NCBI GenBank assembly: GCA_046759465.1
Contig: JBHICH010000005.1
Location: forward strand, 1 to 55,869
DNA from: Nitrososphaerales archaeon
Lineage (GTDB): Archaea; Thermoproteota; Nitrososphaeria; Nitrososphaerales; UBA213
DNA length: 55,869 nt
Direction of reading: 5' to 3'
Shown here: one piece after another, positions 1-8,767 of the stretch
Position numbering within the stretch: the first letter of the stretch is position 1
Layout: each line of letters starts with the position of its first letter
The notes under the pieces: generated by a model
Seen by the model: the letters and a program-made list of their open reading frames with translations, nothing else
The model's database searches: none
Told to the model about the DNA's origin: nothing
Translations under genes and position numbers: made by a program

Positions 1-148
1 CTGGGGTAACAGAAGTAACAATAAGAAATAGGCATAAAGGTTTCAAAATTTCTTTAAAACTGTAAGCAAAATTCACACCCCAAAACTCTATCTGACAACC
101 ATAACAACGCCAGTGTTAACTGATTAAGTTCTGCCTAATTAGTACATG

Positions 149-1687
149 CTAAATCGTATATTTCCTTAATTCCTTATCTTTATCAATTGTTCTTTTGAAC
201 ATTATTCTATTAAGTCCATTGATCATTGCTTGCACACTTGCAATTACAATATCCTCTCCAGCTGCCCTTGCAGATGCAACATGACCATTGCTGTCCTCGA
301 CCTTTATGCTAACTTCTGCCAGTGCATCTGATCCACCCGTTATTGATTCGAGTCTAAACTCTCTCAACTTTATGCTAGCAAGTTCGTTTGTGATCTTCTG
401 TATTGCCTTGAGTGCAGCATCAACAGGTCCTAAACCAGTATCGGCAGCAACGAACTCCTTTCCCTCAACTATCAAGCGTACCGACGCCGTTGGCACGACG
501 CTCATTCCCGTCGTTACTACAAAATCCCTAAGCTCTACCTTCTGCTCAACCCCTTCCTGTCGCATTATCTGCCCCGCGATTGCAAGCAGATCCGCATCTG
601 TAATATTTTTGCCCTTGTCGCCCAATTCTTTGATCCTTCCAACAATTTCCTTAAGTTGCTCCTGTTTTGGTTTAAGGCCGTATTCTTCAAGCATGGCAGA
701 AACTCCATGTGCACCTGCATGCTTGCCAGCTTCGAGCCAGCGCTTCCTTCCAACCATTTCTGGGCTTATTGGTTCGTATGTTAATGGATTTGATAATACC
801 CCATGAGTATGAATTCCAGATTCGTGACCAAAAGCATTCTCGCCAATTATCGCTTTGTTTGGCTGCACAATTATACCAGTTAAGCTTGATACCAGTCTAG
901 AAGTTTCATACAATAATTCTGTCTTTATGCTAGTCTTTTTCGCATACAGGCAGTGCAGTGCCATAACAAATTCTTCAAGTGACGCATTGCCAGCTCTTTC
1001 TCCAAGTCCGTTCATGGTTACATGTGCACATGATGCGCCAGCTTCTATACCAGCTATTGAGTTCGCCACTGCCAATCCAAAGTCATCGTGGCAGTGCATA
1101 CTGATCGGAACTTTTACAACCGTTTTTAATTCTCTTATCAGACTATCAATATATTTTGGACTTGAATAACCAACGGTATCCGGAACATCAATCCTATCGG
1201 CTCCAGCACCAACAACAGCTTTGTAGACCTGTTTTAGAAATTCTCTATCTGTTCTCGTAGCATCCTCAGCAGAAAACTCAACATACAGCCCGTGCGCTTT
1301 GCTGTACTCTACAGCTTCAACTGCTTTGCGCAACGCCTCTTCTCTTGAGAGCTTTAACTTGTATTGTAAATGAATATCGGAAGTTGCAATGAATGTATGA
1401 ACATACTTTAGGTTGCAGTTCATGACTGCGTCAATGTCACGCTTTTCTGCCCTCGCAAGCCCTGCTATATTGCAGGAAAGTCCTTGCTTTGCAATTTCTA
1501 TAACTGCATCGACTTCTCCATGTGAAACTATTGGAAATCCTGCTTCGATTACATTAATTCCCAACTTATCCAACTGAATCGCTATCTTCACTTTATTCTG
1601 GGGTGTGAGTGTAACCCCAGGTGTTTGCTCACCATCCCTAAGTGTTGTGTCATAGATTCTAATGTACTCTTCACTCATATAGCGCAC
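149..1687 (-). CDS. leuA: 2-isopropylmalate synthase / (R)-citramalate synthase family (LeuA/CimA)
   Basis: 512-aa ORF. It has the N-terminal HMGL-type motif IYDTTLRDGEQTPG, the metal-site motif HCHDDFG, and a C-terminal LeuA-dimer-like regulatory region. It overlaps the end of ilvN by 17 nt, consistent with an ilvB-ilvN-leuA operon. LeuA and CimA cannot be separated by eye. Confidence 0.85.
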   Translation of the reverse strand: MRYMSEEYIRIYDTTLRDGEQTPGVTLTPQNKVKIAIQLDKLGINVIEAGFPIVSHGEVDAVIEIAKQGLSCNIAGLARAEKRDIDAVMNCNLKYVHTFIATSDIHLQYKLKLSREEALRKAVEAVEYSKAHGLYVEFSAEDATRTDREFLKQVYKAVVGAGADRIDVPDTVGYSSPKYIDSLIRELKTVVKVPISMHCHDDFGLAVANSIAGIEAGASCAHVTMNGLGERAGNASLEEFVMALHCLYAKKTSIKTELLYETSRLVSSLTGIIVQPNKAIIGENAFGHESGIHTHGVLSNPLTYEPISPEMVGRKRWLEAGKHAGAHGVSAMLEEYGLKPKQEQLKEIVGRIKELGDKGKNITDADLLAIAGQIMRQEGVEQKVELRDFVVTTGMSVVPTASVRLIVEGKEFVAADTGLGPVDAALKAIQKITNELASIKLREFRLESITGGSDALAEVSIKVEDSNGHVASARAAGEDIVIASVQAMINGLNRIMFKRTIDKDKELRKYTI

Positions 1688-2162
1688 CCCTTGATAATGC
1701 CGAAACTCCGGTTCTTGCTAACTGTATCAGGCCGTAATGCTCTACTAAACTTTTGAAAGCATCTATCTTGTCTGGAGTGCCAGTGATCTCAACCATTATA
1801 GTTCCTTTGCTTATATCCACAATTTTTCCTCGAAAGACATCTGCTAAATTTATTATTTCCAACCTAGATGTTGGGTCTACTGCCTTTAGTTTCAGTAATG
1901 CTAGTTCTCTATATACGGTTTGATCAGTTGCTAACCGCGTAACCTCAACTACATCCACTAACTTCTGGAGTTGCTTTACAAGTTGTTCAGTAACAGGTTC
2001 ATCGCCATCTATCGTTACAGTAATTCTGGAGAGATCTTGCTGCTCTGTTGGACCCACAGACAAACTTTCTATGTTAAAGTTCCTAGCTCTAAACATGTTT
2101 GAAACTCTATAGAGCACTCCAGGTTTGTTTTCCACGAGTGCTGAGATAATATTCCAACCCAT
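1671..2162 (-). CDS. ilvN: acetolactate synthase small (regulatory) subunit, ACT domain
   Basis: 163-aa ORF. The N-terminal ACT-domain pattern (ISALVENKPGVLYRVSNMFRARNFNIESLSVGPTE) is typical of IlvN/IlvH. It lies immediately downstream of ilvB. Confidence 0.88.
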   Translation of the reverse strand: MGWNIISALVENKPGVLYRVSNMFRARNFNIESLSVGPTEQQDLSRITVTIDGDEPVTEQLVKQLQKLVDVVEVTRLATDQTVYRELALLKLKAVDPTSRLEIINLADVFRGKIVDISKGTIMVEITGTPDKIDAFKSLVEHYGLIQLARTGVSALSRGALYE

Positions 2163-2170
2163 CTTCTCAC

Positions 2171-3859
2171 CTATGCAGATACGATCATATCCTTCAATCC
2201 TGTTCCAGGCGCTACGAATGGATATACATCTTCCTCTGGATCAATCAGGATGTCAATTACTGTGGCAACATCACTCTTCAATGCTATTCTTACTGCTTTA
2301 TCAAGTTCATCCATCGACTGCGCCCTTAAACCCTGAGCACCATAAGCTTCTGCAAGCTTTACAAAGTCTGGCATTGCCTTTAGATCAACCCCGATGTAAC
2401 GCCTATTGTAGAACAGCCTCTGCCATTGAGCTACCATGCCAAGTGAGTAATTGTTCATTAGGAAAACTATGACCGGAAGGTTTTCAAGTACAGAGACTGC
2501 AAGCGAGTTTTCTGTCATATTGAAACTGCCGTCACCAGCAATATCGACTACATGGACATCTGGCTTCGCAGCTTTCGCACCTATCGAAGCAGGAAAGCCA
2601 AATCCCATCGTTCCCAGACCTGTTGAGCTGAAGAAGGTTCCAGGCTGTATTATATCAAAGTGTAACGATGTCCACATCTGGCACTGTCCAACCTCTGTTG
2701 TAACGATAGCTTCTGGAGGAAGTAGTTCTCTCAATTTCTTGAGTGATTTTCTTGCAGTTATATCCCTAGGATGATCTTTAATTGAGGTTTGATAATATTC
2801 TCTAACTTCCTTAATATGTTTGAACCAAGCTGTCTCCTTCTCCTTCTTTGCAATCTTTCTTACTAACATCTTGACCAGTGCCTTAAGTGATGCTTTAACA
2901 TCACCAACGAGGGGAACATCTACTGCTTTGTTTTTGCCAATCTCTGCAGGATCTATGTCTATATGAATTATCTTCATTCTCTGACCAAACTCATCAAACC
3001 TACCAACAGATCTGTCGGAGAACCTTGCGCCTATTGCTAGGAGAACATCTGATTCCAGTATCAGCTTGTTAGCTTCTGCATGTCCGTGCATACCAATCGG
3101 ACCTAGCGCTAAAGGATGATTTTCTGGAAATGCACCTTTACCCTTGAAGGTAGTAACCACTGGGATCATTAACAACTCGGCTAATTCTTGCAGTTCTGGA
3201 AATGCGCCAGAAATGTGCACACCTCCTCCAGCCATTATCACAGGTCTTTCTGCCTTCAGTAACAATTCTACTGCTTGTCCCAGTTGGGAGAGATCTGGAT
3301 CAACATGTGGCGAATAACCCCTTATCTTGACAAGCTCTGGAAAAGTAACATCCTTAACTTCTTGCTGCACATCTTTAGGGATATCAACCAACACTGGACC
3401 GCACCTGCCACTTTCTGCAAGATAAAATGCTTTCTTCACAGTTTCTGGAATTTCTGTAGCTGATCTTGGTTGGAAGCAGTACTTTGTTATGGACGTGCAT
3501 AAACCAATTATGTCAGTTTCTTGAAACGCATCCTTCCCAATCATCGCCCTTGGCACCTGACCTGTTACGGCTACTACTGGTGCCGAATCCATGTAGGCTG
3601 TTGCAATACCGGTAATGAGGTTCGTTGCACCTGGTCCTGATGTAGCAAAGCATACACCGGCCTTTCGTTTTATTCTACCGTAGCCATCTGCCATATGTGC
3701 TGCTGACTGCTCATGCCTAACCAGTACATGCCTTATCTTGCTAGAATAAAGATCGTCATACATTGGCAGGTTTGCTCCACCTGGCATGCCAAAGACTACG
3801 TCTACACCTTCCTTCTCGAGGGCATGCATCAAAGCCTTAGAACCAGAGAGCTCAGCCAT
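2171..3859 (-). CDS. ilvB: acetolactate synthase large subunit (ThDP-dependent)
   Basis: 562-aa ORF. It has the ThDP-enzyme N-terminus (VFGMPGGANLPMYD, RHEQSAAHMADGYGR) and the ThDP-binding motif GDGSF...NN. Confidence 0.92.
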   Translation of the reverse strand: MAELSGSKALMHALEKEGVDVVFGMPGGANLPMYDDLYSSKIRHVLVRHEQSAAHMADGYGRIKRKAGVCFATSGPGATNLITGIATAYMDSAPVVAVTGQVPRAMIGKDAFQETDIIGLCTSITKYCFQPRSATEIPETVKKAFYLAESGRCGPVLVDIPKDVQQEVKDVTFPELVKIRGYSPHVDPDLSQLGQAVELLLKAERPVIMAGGGVHISGAFPELQELAELLMIPVVTTFKGKGAFPENHPLALGPIGMHGHAEANKLILESDVLLAIGARFSDRSVGRFDEFGQRMKIIHIDIDPAEIGKNKAVDVPLVGDVKASLKALVKMLVRKIAKKEKETAWFKHIKEVREYYQTSIKDHPRDITARKSLKKLRELLPPEAIVTTEVGQCQMWTSLHFDIIQPGTFFSSTGLGTMGFGFPASIGAKAAKPDVHVVDIAGDGSFNMTENSLAVSVLENLPVIVFLMNNYSLGMVAQWQRLFYNRRYIGVDLKAMPDFVKLAEAYGAQGLRAQSMDELDKAVRIALKSDVATVIDILIDPEEDVYPFVAPGTGLKDMIVSA

Positions 3860-3875
3860 TTTTAATTACCTCACA

Positions 3876-3904
3876 AAAACCTTGCAGATAAACCTGCAGG
3901 TTTT
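3876..3904 (-). promoter_or_regulatory. imperfect inverted repeat in the ilvB 5' leader or promoter
   Basis: AAAACCTTGCAG-ATAAA-CCTGCAGGTTTT lies 17-45 nt upstream of the ilvB ATG. About 11 bp of pairing are possible, with one offset base. Confidence 0.25.
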
Positions 3905-4032
3905 AATCTAGCAAGACAACTAGCAAAAGCAAATCTACAAGGCTAGTTGTGTTGCTAACTGTGATTATCATAGCGTTCTGCTATGCTTACCTTCCATAAT
4001 TATAAATATTTTGCTCCCATATCACAATCAAA

Positions 4033-4446
4033 TTGGTCGAAAGTGACGAGCCTGCCATCAGAGAAGCTGTTTACAAAGCGTTTGAGATAGGAAAGAGCAA
4101 GGACCTGCAAGCAATACAAGCAATACACTCAAACGACAAAAGGTTCTCGAAGTTTGGCGATACACCTCCATACATGAGAATGGACTTCAATGAAACTTGC
4201 ATGCACGAGGAGCTTTACTTTGCTAGTGTATCAGATTATGACTTTAAGATCGATGACTTGAAAATCGATCTTTTTGGCGATATAGCTATCGCAACTTTCA
4301 TGATCAAGCATACGGGTATGCTCGTTGATGATTACAGCTTTACAGGACGTACAATGAATGTGAAGTCAAGAGCAACGATGGTATTTCAAAAGAAGGGTTC
4401 TGAATGGTTAATTGTGCATGAACACTTCTCAAAAATTCCTTCATAG
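4033..4446 (+). CDS. SnoaL/NTF2-like (DUF4440-type) small protein
   Basis: 137-aa ORF with a TTG start. The cone-shaped alpha+beta pattern ends in ...RATMVFQKKGSEWLIVHEHFS, typical of NTF2-like/SnoaL folds. Confidence 0.55.
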   Translation: MVESDEPAIREAVYKAFEIGKSKDLQAIQAIHSNDKRFSKFGDTPPYMRMDFNETCMHEELYFASVSDYDFKIDDLKIDLFGDIAIATFMIKHTGMLVDDYSFTGRTMNVKSRATMVFQKKGSEWLIVHEHFSKIPS

Positions 4447-4517
4447 CTTTACCTTTTTAATTAAGTATGGTCCATTGCTCAGCATCCCGGTATACCTGTA
4501 TAAAATTTCGAACCAGA

Positions 4518-5324
4518 CTATCTCTCTATACCAATTACCGTTTCTTTTATACTATTCAACAAGTCATACGCTTCTTTTACAGAGGCATTTTCATGAACAA
4601 TATGACGTACTGCTCTAATCATAGCCACAGGATAATCCGATTGCCAGATATTTCTTCCCATGTCTACACCTGCAGCTCCGTGTTGGATGGCATCATAGGT
4701 CAGTTGCAGTGCATCAGTCTCCTTCGCGAGTTTCTTACCACCTGCAATAATGACTGGAACAGGACAACCCTCTACAACTTTTTCAAAGCTTTCACAATAG
4801 TATGTTTTCACCATCTTTGCACCTAATTCTGCTGCAATTCTGCATGCCAATCCAAGGTAGCGAGCATCTCTTACCATCTCTTTTCCGACAGCAGTTACTG
4901 CCAATACTGGAATACCATACCTTTCACCTTCATCAACAAGTTTTGCTAGATTAACAAGAGTCTGATGCTCATGCTGCTCACCTACAAAGATGGAAAGGGC
5001 TAGCGCAGCAGCATTAAGTCTGACAGCTTCTTCAATTGATGTTGTGATTGCTTCATTGGATAGATCTTTTCCAATGATGCTTGTACCACCAGATACTCTA
5101 AGGACTATCGGTGTGTTGATATTAGGATTCACGGACGTGCGCAACACACCCCTTGTAAGCATTATAGAATCAGCGTATGGAAGAAGCGGTTCAATTGTCT
5201 TTCTAGGAACTTCCAGTTTTTCAGTTGGTCCTAAAAAATATCCGTGGTCCACAGCCAACATGACTCCACGTCCCGTATCGGGCTTGATTATTCTTGCCAT
5301 ACGGTTTTTCATTCCCCAATCCAT
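4518..5324 (-). CDS. class I aldolase, DhnA/ADH-synthase family (possible 2-amino-3,7-dideoxy-D-threo-hept-6-ulosonate synthase)
   Basis: 268-aa ORF. The N-terminus MARIIKPDTGRGVMLAVDHGYFLGP and the TIM-barrel pattern resemble archaeal DhnA-type aldolases. The exact substrate cannot be resolved by eye. Confidence 0.7.
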   Translation of the reverse strand: MDWGMKNRMARIIKPDTGRGVMLAVDHGYFLGPTEKLEVPRKTIEPLLPYADSIMLTRGVLRTSVNPNINTPIVLRVSGGTSIIGKDLSNEAITTSIEEAVRLNAAALALSIFVGEQHEHQTLVNLAKLVDEGERYGIPVLAVTAVGKEMVRDARYLGLACRIAAELGAKMVKTYYCESFEKVVEGCPVPVIIAGGKKLAKETDALQLTYDAIQHGAAGVDMGRNIWQSDYPVAMIRAVRHIVHENASVKEAYDLLNSIKETVIGIER

Positions 5325-5374
5325 TTTGATTACCTGTTAATTCTGAAAGGGAGAATCGCCATAGTTAAATTTTG

Positions 5375-6412
5375 CTAAGATGTTACCAAGACCTTCATGA
5401 CATCCTTTGCTTCATAAGCACACTTGATCGCAACCTCAGCTTTCTCCAAAGTAAACCTATGAGTAATTATCGGCTTGATGTTGATACGTTTTGTTGTGAT
5501 TAACTCTAAGGCTTGATTGGTTTCCTTCTCCGATGCTGCCAGACTCGGAATCAATCGTATTTCGTTAGAAAACAGACGATTAACATCCAACCGTACGTTT
5601 GAAGGCTTTGGCGGCACCCCAAAAAGTATGACTCTGCCTCCTCTTCTAACCAATTCTAGAGATTGAAGCAGGGCTTTCGTGCTTCCAGTTGCTACTATTA
5701 CAATATCTGCACCCCTGTCATCGGTGGATTCCTTGATCATCTTACTCGCATCCTGTTCTCCTATGTTTATCGTAAGATAAGCGCCAAGATTCTTGGCAAA
5801 ATCTAACCTAAAATCATTAATGTCAAGTGCAAAGACCTTGCCTGCACCAAAGGACTTGGAAAGTATAAGATGCATTATTCCAGCAGGGCCTACACCAACT
5901 ACTGCAATATCATCGCCATTTTTCATGCCAGATTTGTTTATCGCCTTTATGCAGCAGGCCAAGGGTTCTATCATTGCAGCCTCTTCAAAGGAAACACTGT
6001 CAGGAAGTTTGATCATTCCTCCCCTACTTACATTCCATTCAGGAACAAGAAATTCCTCCGCCAATCCACATGGCTCTAAATTGCTCTTTTGATATTGTGG
6101 GCAGATGGTATAATCTTCATTTTGACAATAATGACATGAATAGCATGGTACATGGTGGTGGACAAAAACTCTATTACCAACTTTGAAATCTGTAACCTTG
6201 CTTCCGAGTGAAACTATCTCTCCCGAGGGTTCATGTCCAAGCCTTTGCGATACCATGCCATAGTGTCCATACACCTTTTCAAGATCAGAACCACATAACC
6301 CACAAGCACGCATCCTCACCAAAACATCGCCATCGCCAATTTTAGGTTTTGGAAAATCCTTCACACTAACTGTGTTATGTTCGGTAACAAAAACTGCTTT
6401 CATGTTAGTCAT
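5375..6412 (-). CDS. zinc-dependent alcohol/threonine/sorbitol dehydrogenase family (MDR)
   Basis: 345-aa ORF. It has the catalytic zinc motif CGLCGSDLE...GHEPSGEIV, the structural zinc cluster CYSCHYCQNEDYTIC, and the Rossmann motif GVGPAG. Confidence 0.85.
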   Translation of the reverse strand: MTNMKAVFVTEHNTVSVKDFPKPKIGDGDVLVRMRACGLCGSDLEKVYGHYGMVSQRLGHEPSGEIVSLGSKVTDFKVGNRVFVHHHVPCYSCHYCQNEDYTICPQYQKSNLEPCGLAEEFLVPEWNVSRGGMIKLPDSVSFEEAAMIEPLACCIKAINKSGMKNGDDIAVVGVGPAGIMHLILSKSFGAGKVFALDINDFRLDFAKNLGAYLTINIGEQDASKMIKESTDDRGADIVIVATGSTKALLQSLELVRRGGRVILFGVPPKPSNVRLDVNRLFSNEIRLIPSLAASEKETNQALELITTKRINIKPIITHRFTLEKAEVAIKCAYEAKDVMKVLVTS

Positions 6413-6485
6413 TTTATTGCTCGGCTATAAATAACCTATTCTTCATTTTTGTCGTGTAAATATTGAATAAAAATAAAAAGGGAGA

Positions 6486-6737
6486 TTATTGCTGTAGTTC
6501 CCTTGCTAAGAAAGTTTCTGTTGAGGTTACACCTGGTACTCCCCTTATTTTTCCAGTCACCCAATCAGATACCGCCTTTTCATCTGGCGCATCAAAAAGT
6601 ATAGCAATGTCGAATCTACCCATTAGGAAGAAAGTGCTGACAATCTTTCCTTGGGCTGGAGGAGCAATCTTCTTTATCTGCTCAATCGCGTCTTCAGTTT
6701 TTTCAGAAGCTACGTTAGCTAGTGTCAAGAAACGCAT
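6486..6737 (-). CDS. GYD-domain-like small protein
   Basis: 83-aa ORF whose ferredoxin-like pattern (...STFFLMGRFDIAILFDAPDEKAV...) resembles the GYD family. The assignment is made from memory of the family pattern. Confidence 0.5.
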   Translation of the reverse strand: MRFLTLANVASEKTEDAIEQIKKIAPPAQGKIVSTFFLMGRFDIAILFDAPDEKAVSDWVTGKIRGVPGVTSTETFLARELQQ

Positions 6738-6897
6738 TGCATCTCACTAAGCCTCTAACCTATTTAAGTCCTTAGTGTAGAACGTTCAGGATTTTTACAC
6801 ATAGGATTATGGTTTAACCATAGAAATTTTATTGAATAATGGATCAAAAATTTGGAACATTGAGGCATAAATTCTATTTTACTTCCAGCGAATATTG

Positions 6898-7020
6898 ATG
6901 TTCTGTCCATTCTGCGGATATGAGCTGGAGCCTGTACCCGGAAAGCACATGGTCTGCTATAAGTGCGAAAAGAGATTAGACTGTTCAAAGCTGCTCGGTT
7001 GCATCCTAGATAGCTTATAA
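6898..7020 (+). CDS. 40-aa zinc-ribbon mini-protein (not in ORF track)
   Basis: Manual translation gives MFCPFCGYELEPVPGKHMVCYKCEKRLDCSKLLGCILDSL. Two CxxC pairs (CPFC, CYKC) have zinc-ribbon spacing. Confidence 0.45.
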   Translation: MFCPFCGYELEPVPGKHMVCYKCEKRLDCSKLLGCILDSL

Positions 7021-7060
7021 TTCGTAGGTTCGGTCAAGCTAGATGGTTCTGACTCTGACC

Positions 7061-7207
7061 CTATCTTTGCTTCTTTACAGCCTTAAGATGGCTGCATCCT
7101 GAACATTCGCATAACTTCCTACAACAGGATCTACAGTGTTCGCAACAGAAACACCAATCATAAACTTTCCAGATATGCCAGCAGTAATGTCTGCTTTTTT
7201 GATGCAT
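7061..7207 (-). CDS. Cys-rich 48-aa mini-ORF inside repeat copy A (reading frame uncertain)
   Basis: MHQKSRHYCWHIWKVYDWCFCCEHCRSCCRKLCECSGCSHLKAVKKQR has 10 Cys. The same frame is open in copy B. The two coding differences between copies are one synonymous (GTA/GTG) and one conservative (R/K) change. No SD-like motif lies upstream. Confidence 0.35.
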   Translation of the reverse strand: MHQKSRHYCWHIWKVYDWCFCCEHCRSCCRKLCECSGCSHLKAVKKQR

Positions 7208-7222
7208 GGGGGTGCGACGATT
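7071..7222. repeat. 152-bp direct repeat, copy A
   Basis: It aligns base-for-base with 8607-8758 at an offset of 1,536 bp. There are only 4 mismatches (7076, 7119, 7211, 7219). Confidence 0.95.
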
Positions 7223-7323
7223 CATGCCTTCGCTCCGCAACAGCATGAGCATATATCGATACATTCTTCAATGATTCTGTGCTCACATTTGTCACAGTAA
7301 CATCTGTCACCCTTCGATTCCAT
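7222..7323 (-). CDS. Cys-rich 33-aa mini-ORF upstream of repeat copy A
   Basis: Manual translation gives MESKGDRCYCDKCEHRIIEECIDICSCCCGAKA (8 Cys). It lies 14 nt upstream of the 48-aa Cys-rich ORF and has no clear SD. Confidence 0.25.
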   Translation of the reverse strand: MESKGDRCYCDKCEHRIIEECIDICSCCCGAKA

Positions 7324-7482
7324 CTTACTATGCGTGCCTTCCAATACTTCATCATGCTGGGTCAGATTATTCATACGTGATTGTCTATATCACTAGCGAA
7401 TATTTAACTGTATCGCTAGCGATGCTTATAGCTCTCCGCTAGGAATTACAGTTTATTTTACGTTTCATACTACAATGTCACG

Positions 7483-8064
7483 ATGCAGTTCAAGTGCGTC
7501 CAGGGATGTTCTGACTGTTGCATCTACAGAGAATACTACCCTGACAGGAGTTACGGCAAGATCGGAGTTCTTATCTTACCTTCAGAGAAGGAAAGGATCG
7601 AACAACTCGCAAAGAGTCTGGACAAAACAATAACCATACTGCCTAGGATAGGTGTAGGAAGTGAGTATAGAAATGAAGAGAAGGTAGGGCCAAAGAGGGT
7701 GATAGCGTATCAACTAATGGGTGTTAGGAAGGATGGAAACCTATGTCCGTTCTTGGATGTTGATAGCGAGCAACGTTCACCCCATGGAGGCTATCGGTGC
7801 TTGATATACGAAAATAGACCGTTGGCATGCAGAGCATATCCAGTTATAGAGGCTACGAAAGAAGTGAAATTAGATGGTAAATGTCAATTCTGTAAATCGT
7901 GTTCTGGCAGTGTTGAAGGGTTGCATGATGAAATAGAAGCCCTGATAGGCATAAAGCATGCAGTGCGTTCTGACGAAAAAGACGTCTGGAGGTATGCAAC
8001 CGGTGTGTGTGAAGAGAAAGATAAGCATCTGACTCATAAGGATTGGATTTTGGAAAGGCGTTAG
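7483..8064 (+). CDS. YkgJ/UPF0153-type Cys-cluster (zinc/iron-chelating) protein
   Basis: 193-aa ORF. It has an N-terminal CxxxCxxCC cluster (KCVQGCSDCC) and further Cys motifs (CPF, CLIYENRPLACRAYP) typical of PF03692-like proteins. Confidence 0.6.
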   Translation: MQFKCVQGCSDCCIYREYYPDRSYGKIGVLILPSEKERIEQLAKSLDKTITILPRIGVGSEYRNEEKVGPKRVIAYQLMGVRKDGNLCPFLDVDSEQRSPHGGYRCLIYENRPLACRAYPVIEATKEVKLDGKCQFCKSCSGSVEGLHDEIEALIGIKHAVRSDEKDVWRYATGVCEEKDKHLTHKDWILERR

Positions 8065-8155
8065 ATGTGGTTATAAACGTCAATTTAATTTAATAATTGT
8101 GTAATACAAAAATTCTAACAAATATTATTATGAATGACAAGTGAACGGAGGCAGA

Positions 8156-8275
8156 ATGATTGAGGTCGACCCAACATTAAGACTTGTAATTGCTTCTGTG
8201 ATCATAGTTATAGGATCTGGATTGTTATCTTCATATTTCATGGAAAAGAAGAAAATTCAGAAGCAAAAGCCGTAG
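8156..8275 (+). CDS. 39-aa single-pass membrane mini-protein (not in ORF track)
   Basis: MIEVDPTLRLVIASVIIVIGSGLLSSYFMEKKKIQKQKP has one hydrophobic helix and a Lys-rich tail. A GGAGG motif lies 5 nt upstream of the ATG. Confidence 0.45.
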   Translation: MIEVDPTLRLVIASVIIVIGSGLLSSYFMEKKKIQKQKP

Positions 8276-8363
8276 ATTCGTATCGAAGTGCTTATTTTAC
8301 CGTAGATTAATATACGACGGTTGAGCGAATCCCTTTTTATAACAGTCGAACAAATTATTTGGC

Positions 8364-8552
8364 ATGGTGGATGCCCTGACATCGCTTATAGTTATAGGCG
8401 TAATGGGATATATTGGCGCAGATCTACTTCTATCATATTTGAGTTTAAACAAGTACCGCGACAGGGATTGGAGCAAGGTCAAAATCATTGGACCACTCAC
8501 TTATTATACTAAACTAACACTCCGCCGAAATTCAGAGATATCAAAGGCATAA
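8364..8552 (+). CDS. hypothetical 62-aa protein with N-terminal hydrophobic helix
   Basis: This ORF is in the track. The N-terminus LTSLIVIGVMGYIGADLLLSYL looks transmembrane. There is no SD, and competing ORFs exist on both strands. Confidence 0.3.
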   Translation: MVDALTSLIVIGVMGYIGADLLLSYLSLNKYRDRDWSKVKIIGPLTYYTKLTLRRNSEISKA

Positions 8553-8602
8553 GAAGTTTAGAGCTAGAGGTTTCGTTACAACTTAAAAACCTCATTGCAT
8601 CT

Positions 8603-8743
8603 CTACTTCTTCACAGCCTTAAGATGGCTGCATCCTGAACATTCGCATAACTTCTTACAACAGGATCTACAGTGTTCGCAACAGAAACACCAATCATAAA
8701 CTTTCCAGATATGCCAGCAGTAATGTCTGCTTTTTTGATGCAT
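8603..8743 (-). CDS. Cys-rich 46-aa mini-ORF inside repeat copy B (reading frame uncertain)
   Basis: MHQKSRHYCWHIWKVYDWCFCCEHCRSCCKKLCECSGCSHLKAVKK is the paralogue of 7061-7207. It lies 25 nt downstream of the stop of the 505-aa surface protein gene. Confidence 0.35.
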   Translation of the reverse strand: MHQKSRHYCWHIWKVYDWCFCCEHCRSCCKKLCECSGCSHLKAVKK

Positions 8744-8758
8744 GGGAGTGCGACCATT
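8607..8758. repeat. 152-bp direct repeat, copy B
   Basis: Matches 7071-7222 (148/152 identical) in the same orientation. Confidence 0.95.
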
Positions 8759-8767
8759 TATACGCGC

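Noticed and set aside
288-806. Long antisense or shadow ORFs inside well-supported genes. Examples are 288-806(+), 2125-2472(+), 17791-18579(+), 18968-19396(+), 26338-26715(+), 32404-32826(-), 36027-36395(-), 37808-38263(+) and 51836-52309(+).
   Set aside because: Each lies entirely within, and opposite to or out of frame with, a gene that has clear family motifs. Their translations are low-complexity Ser/Pro/Leu-rich strings typical of shadow frames.
7158-7355. TGA readthrough or selenocysteine joining the 33-aa Cys-rich mini-ORF to the in-frame downstream frame of repeat copy A. The 65-aa and 67-aa track ORFs here were also considered.
   Set aside because: No SECIS-like element was noted, and Sec usage is not expected in this lineage. 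The longer track ORFs extend through non-repeated sequence in frames that are not conserved in copy B.
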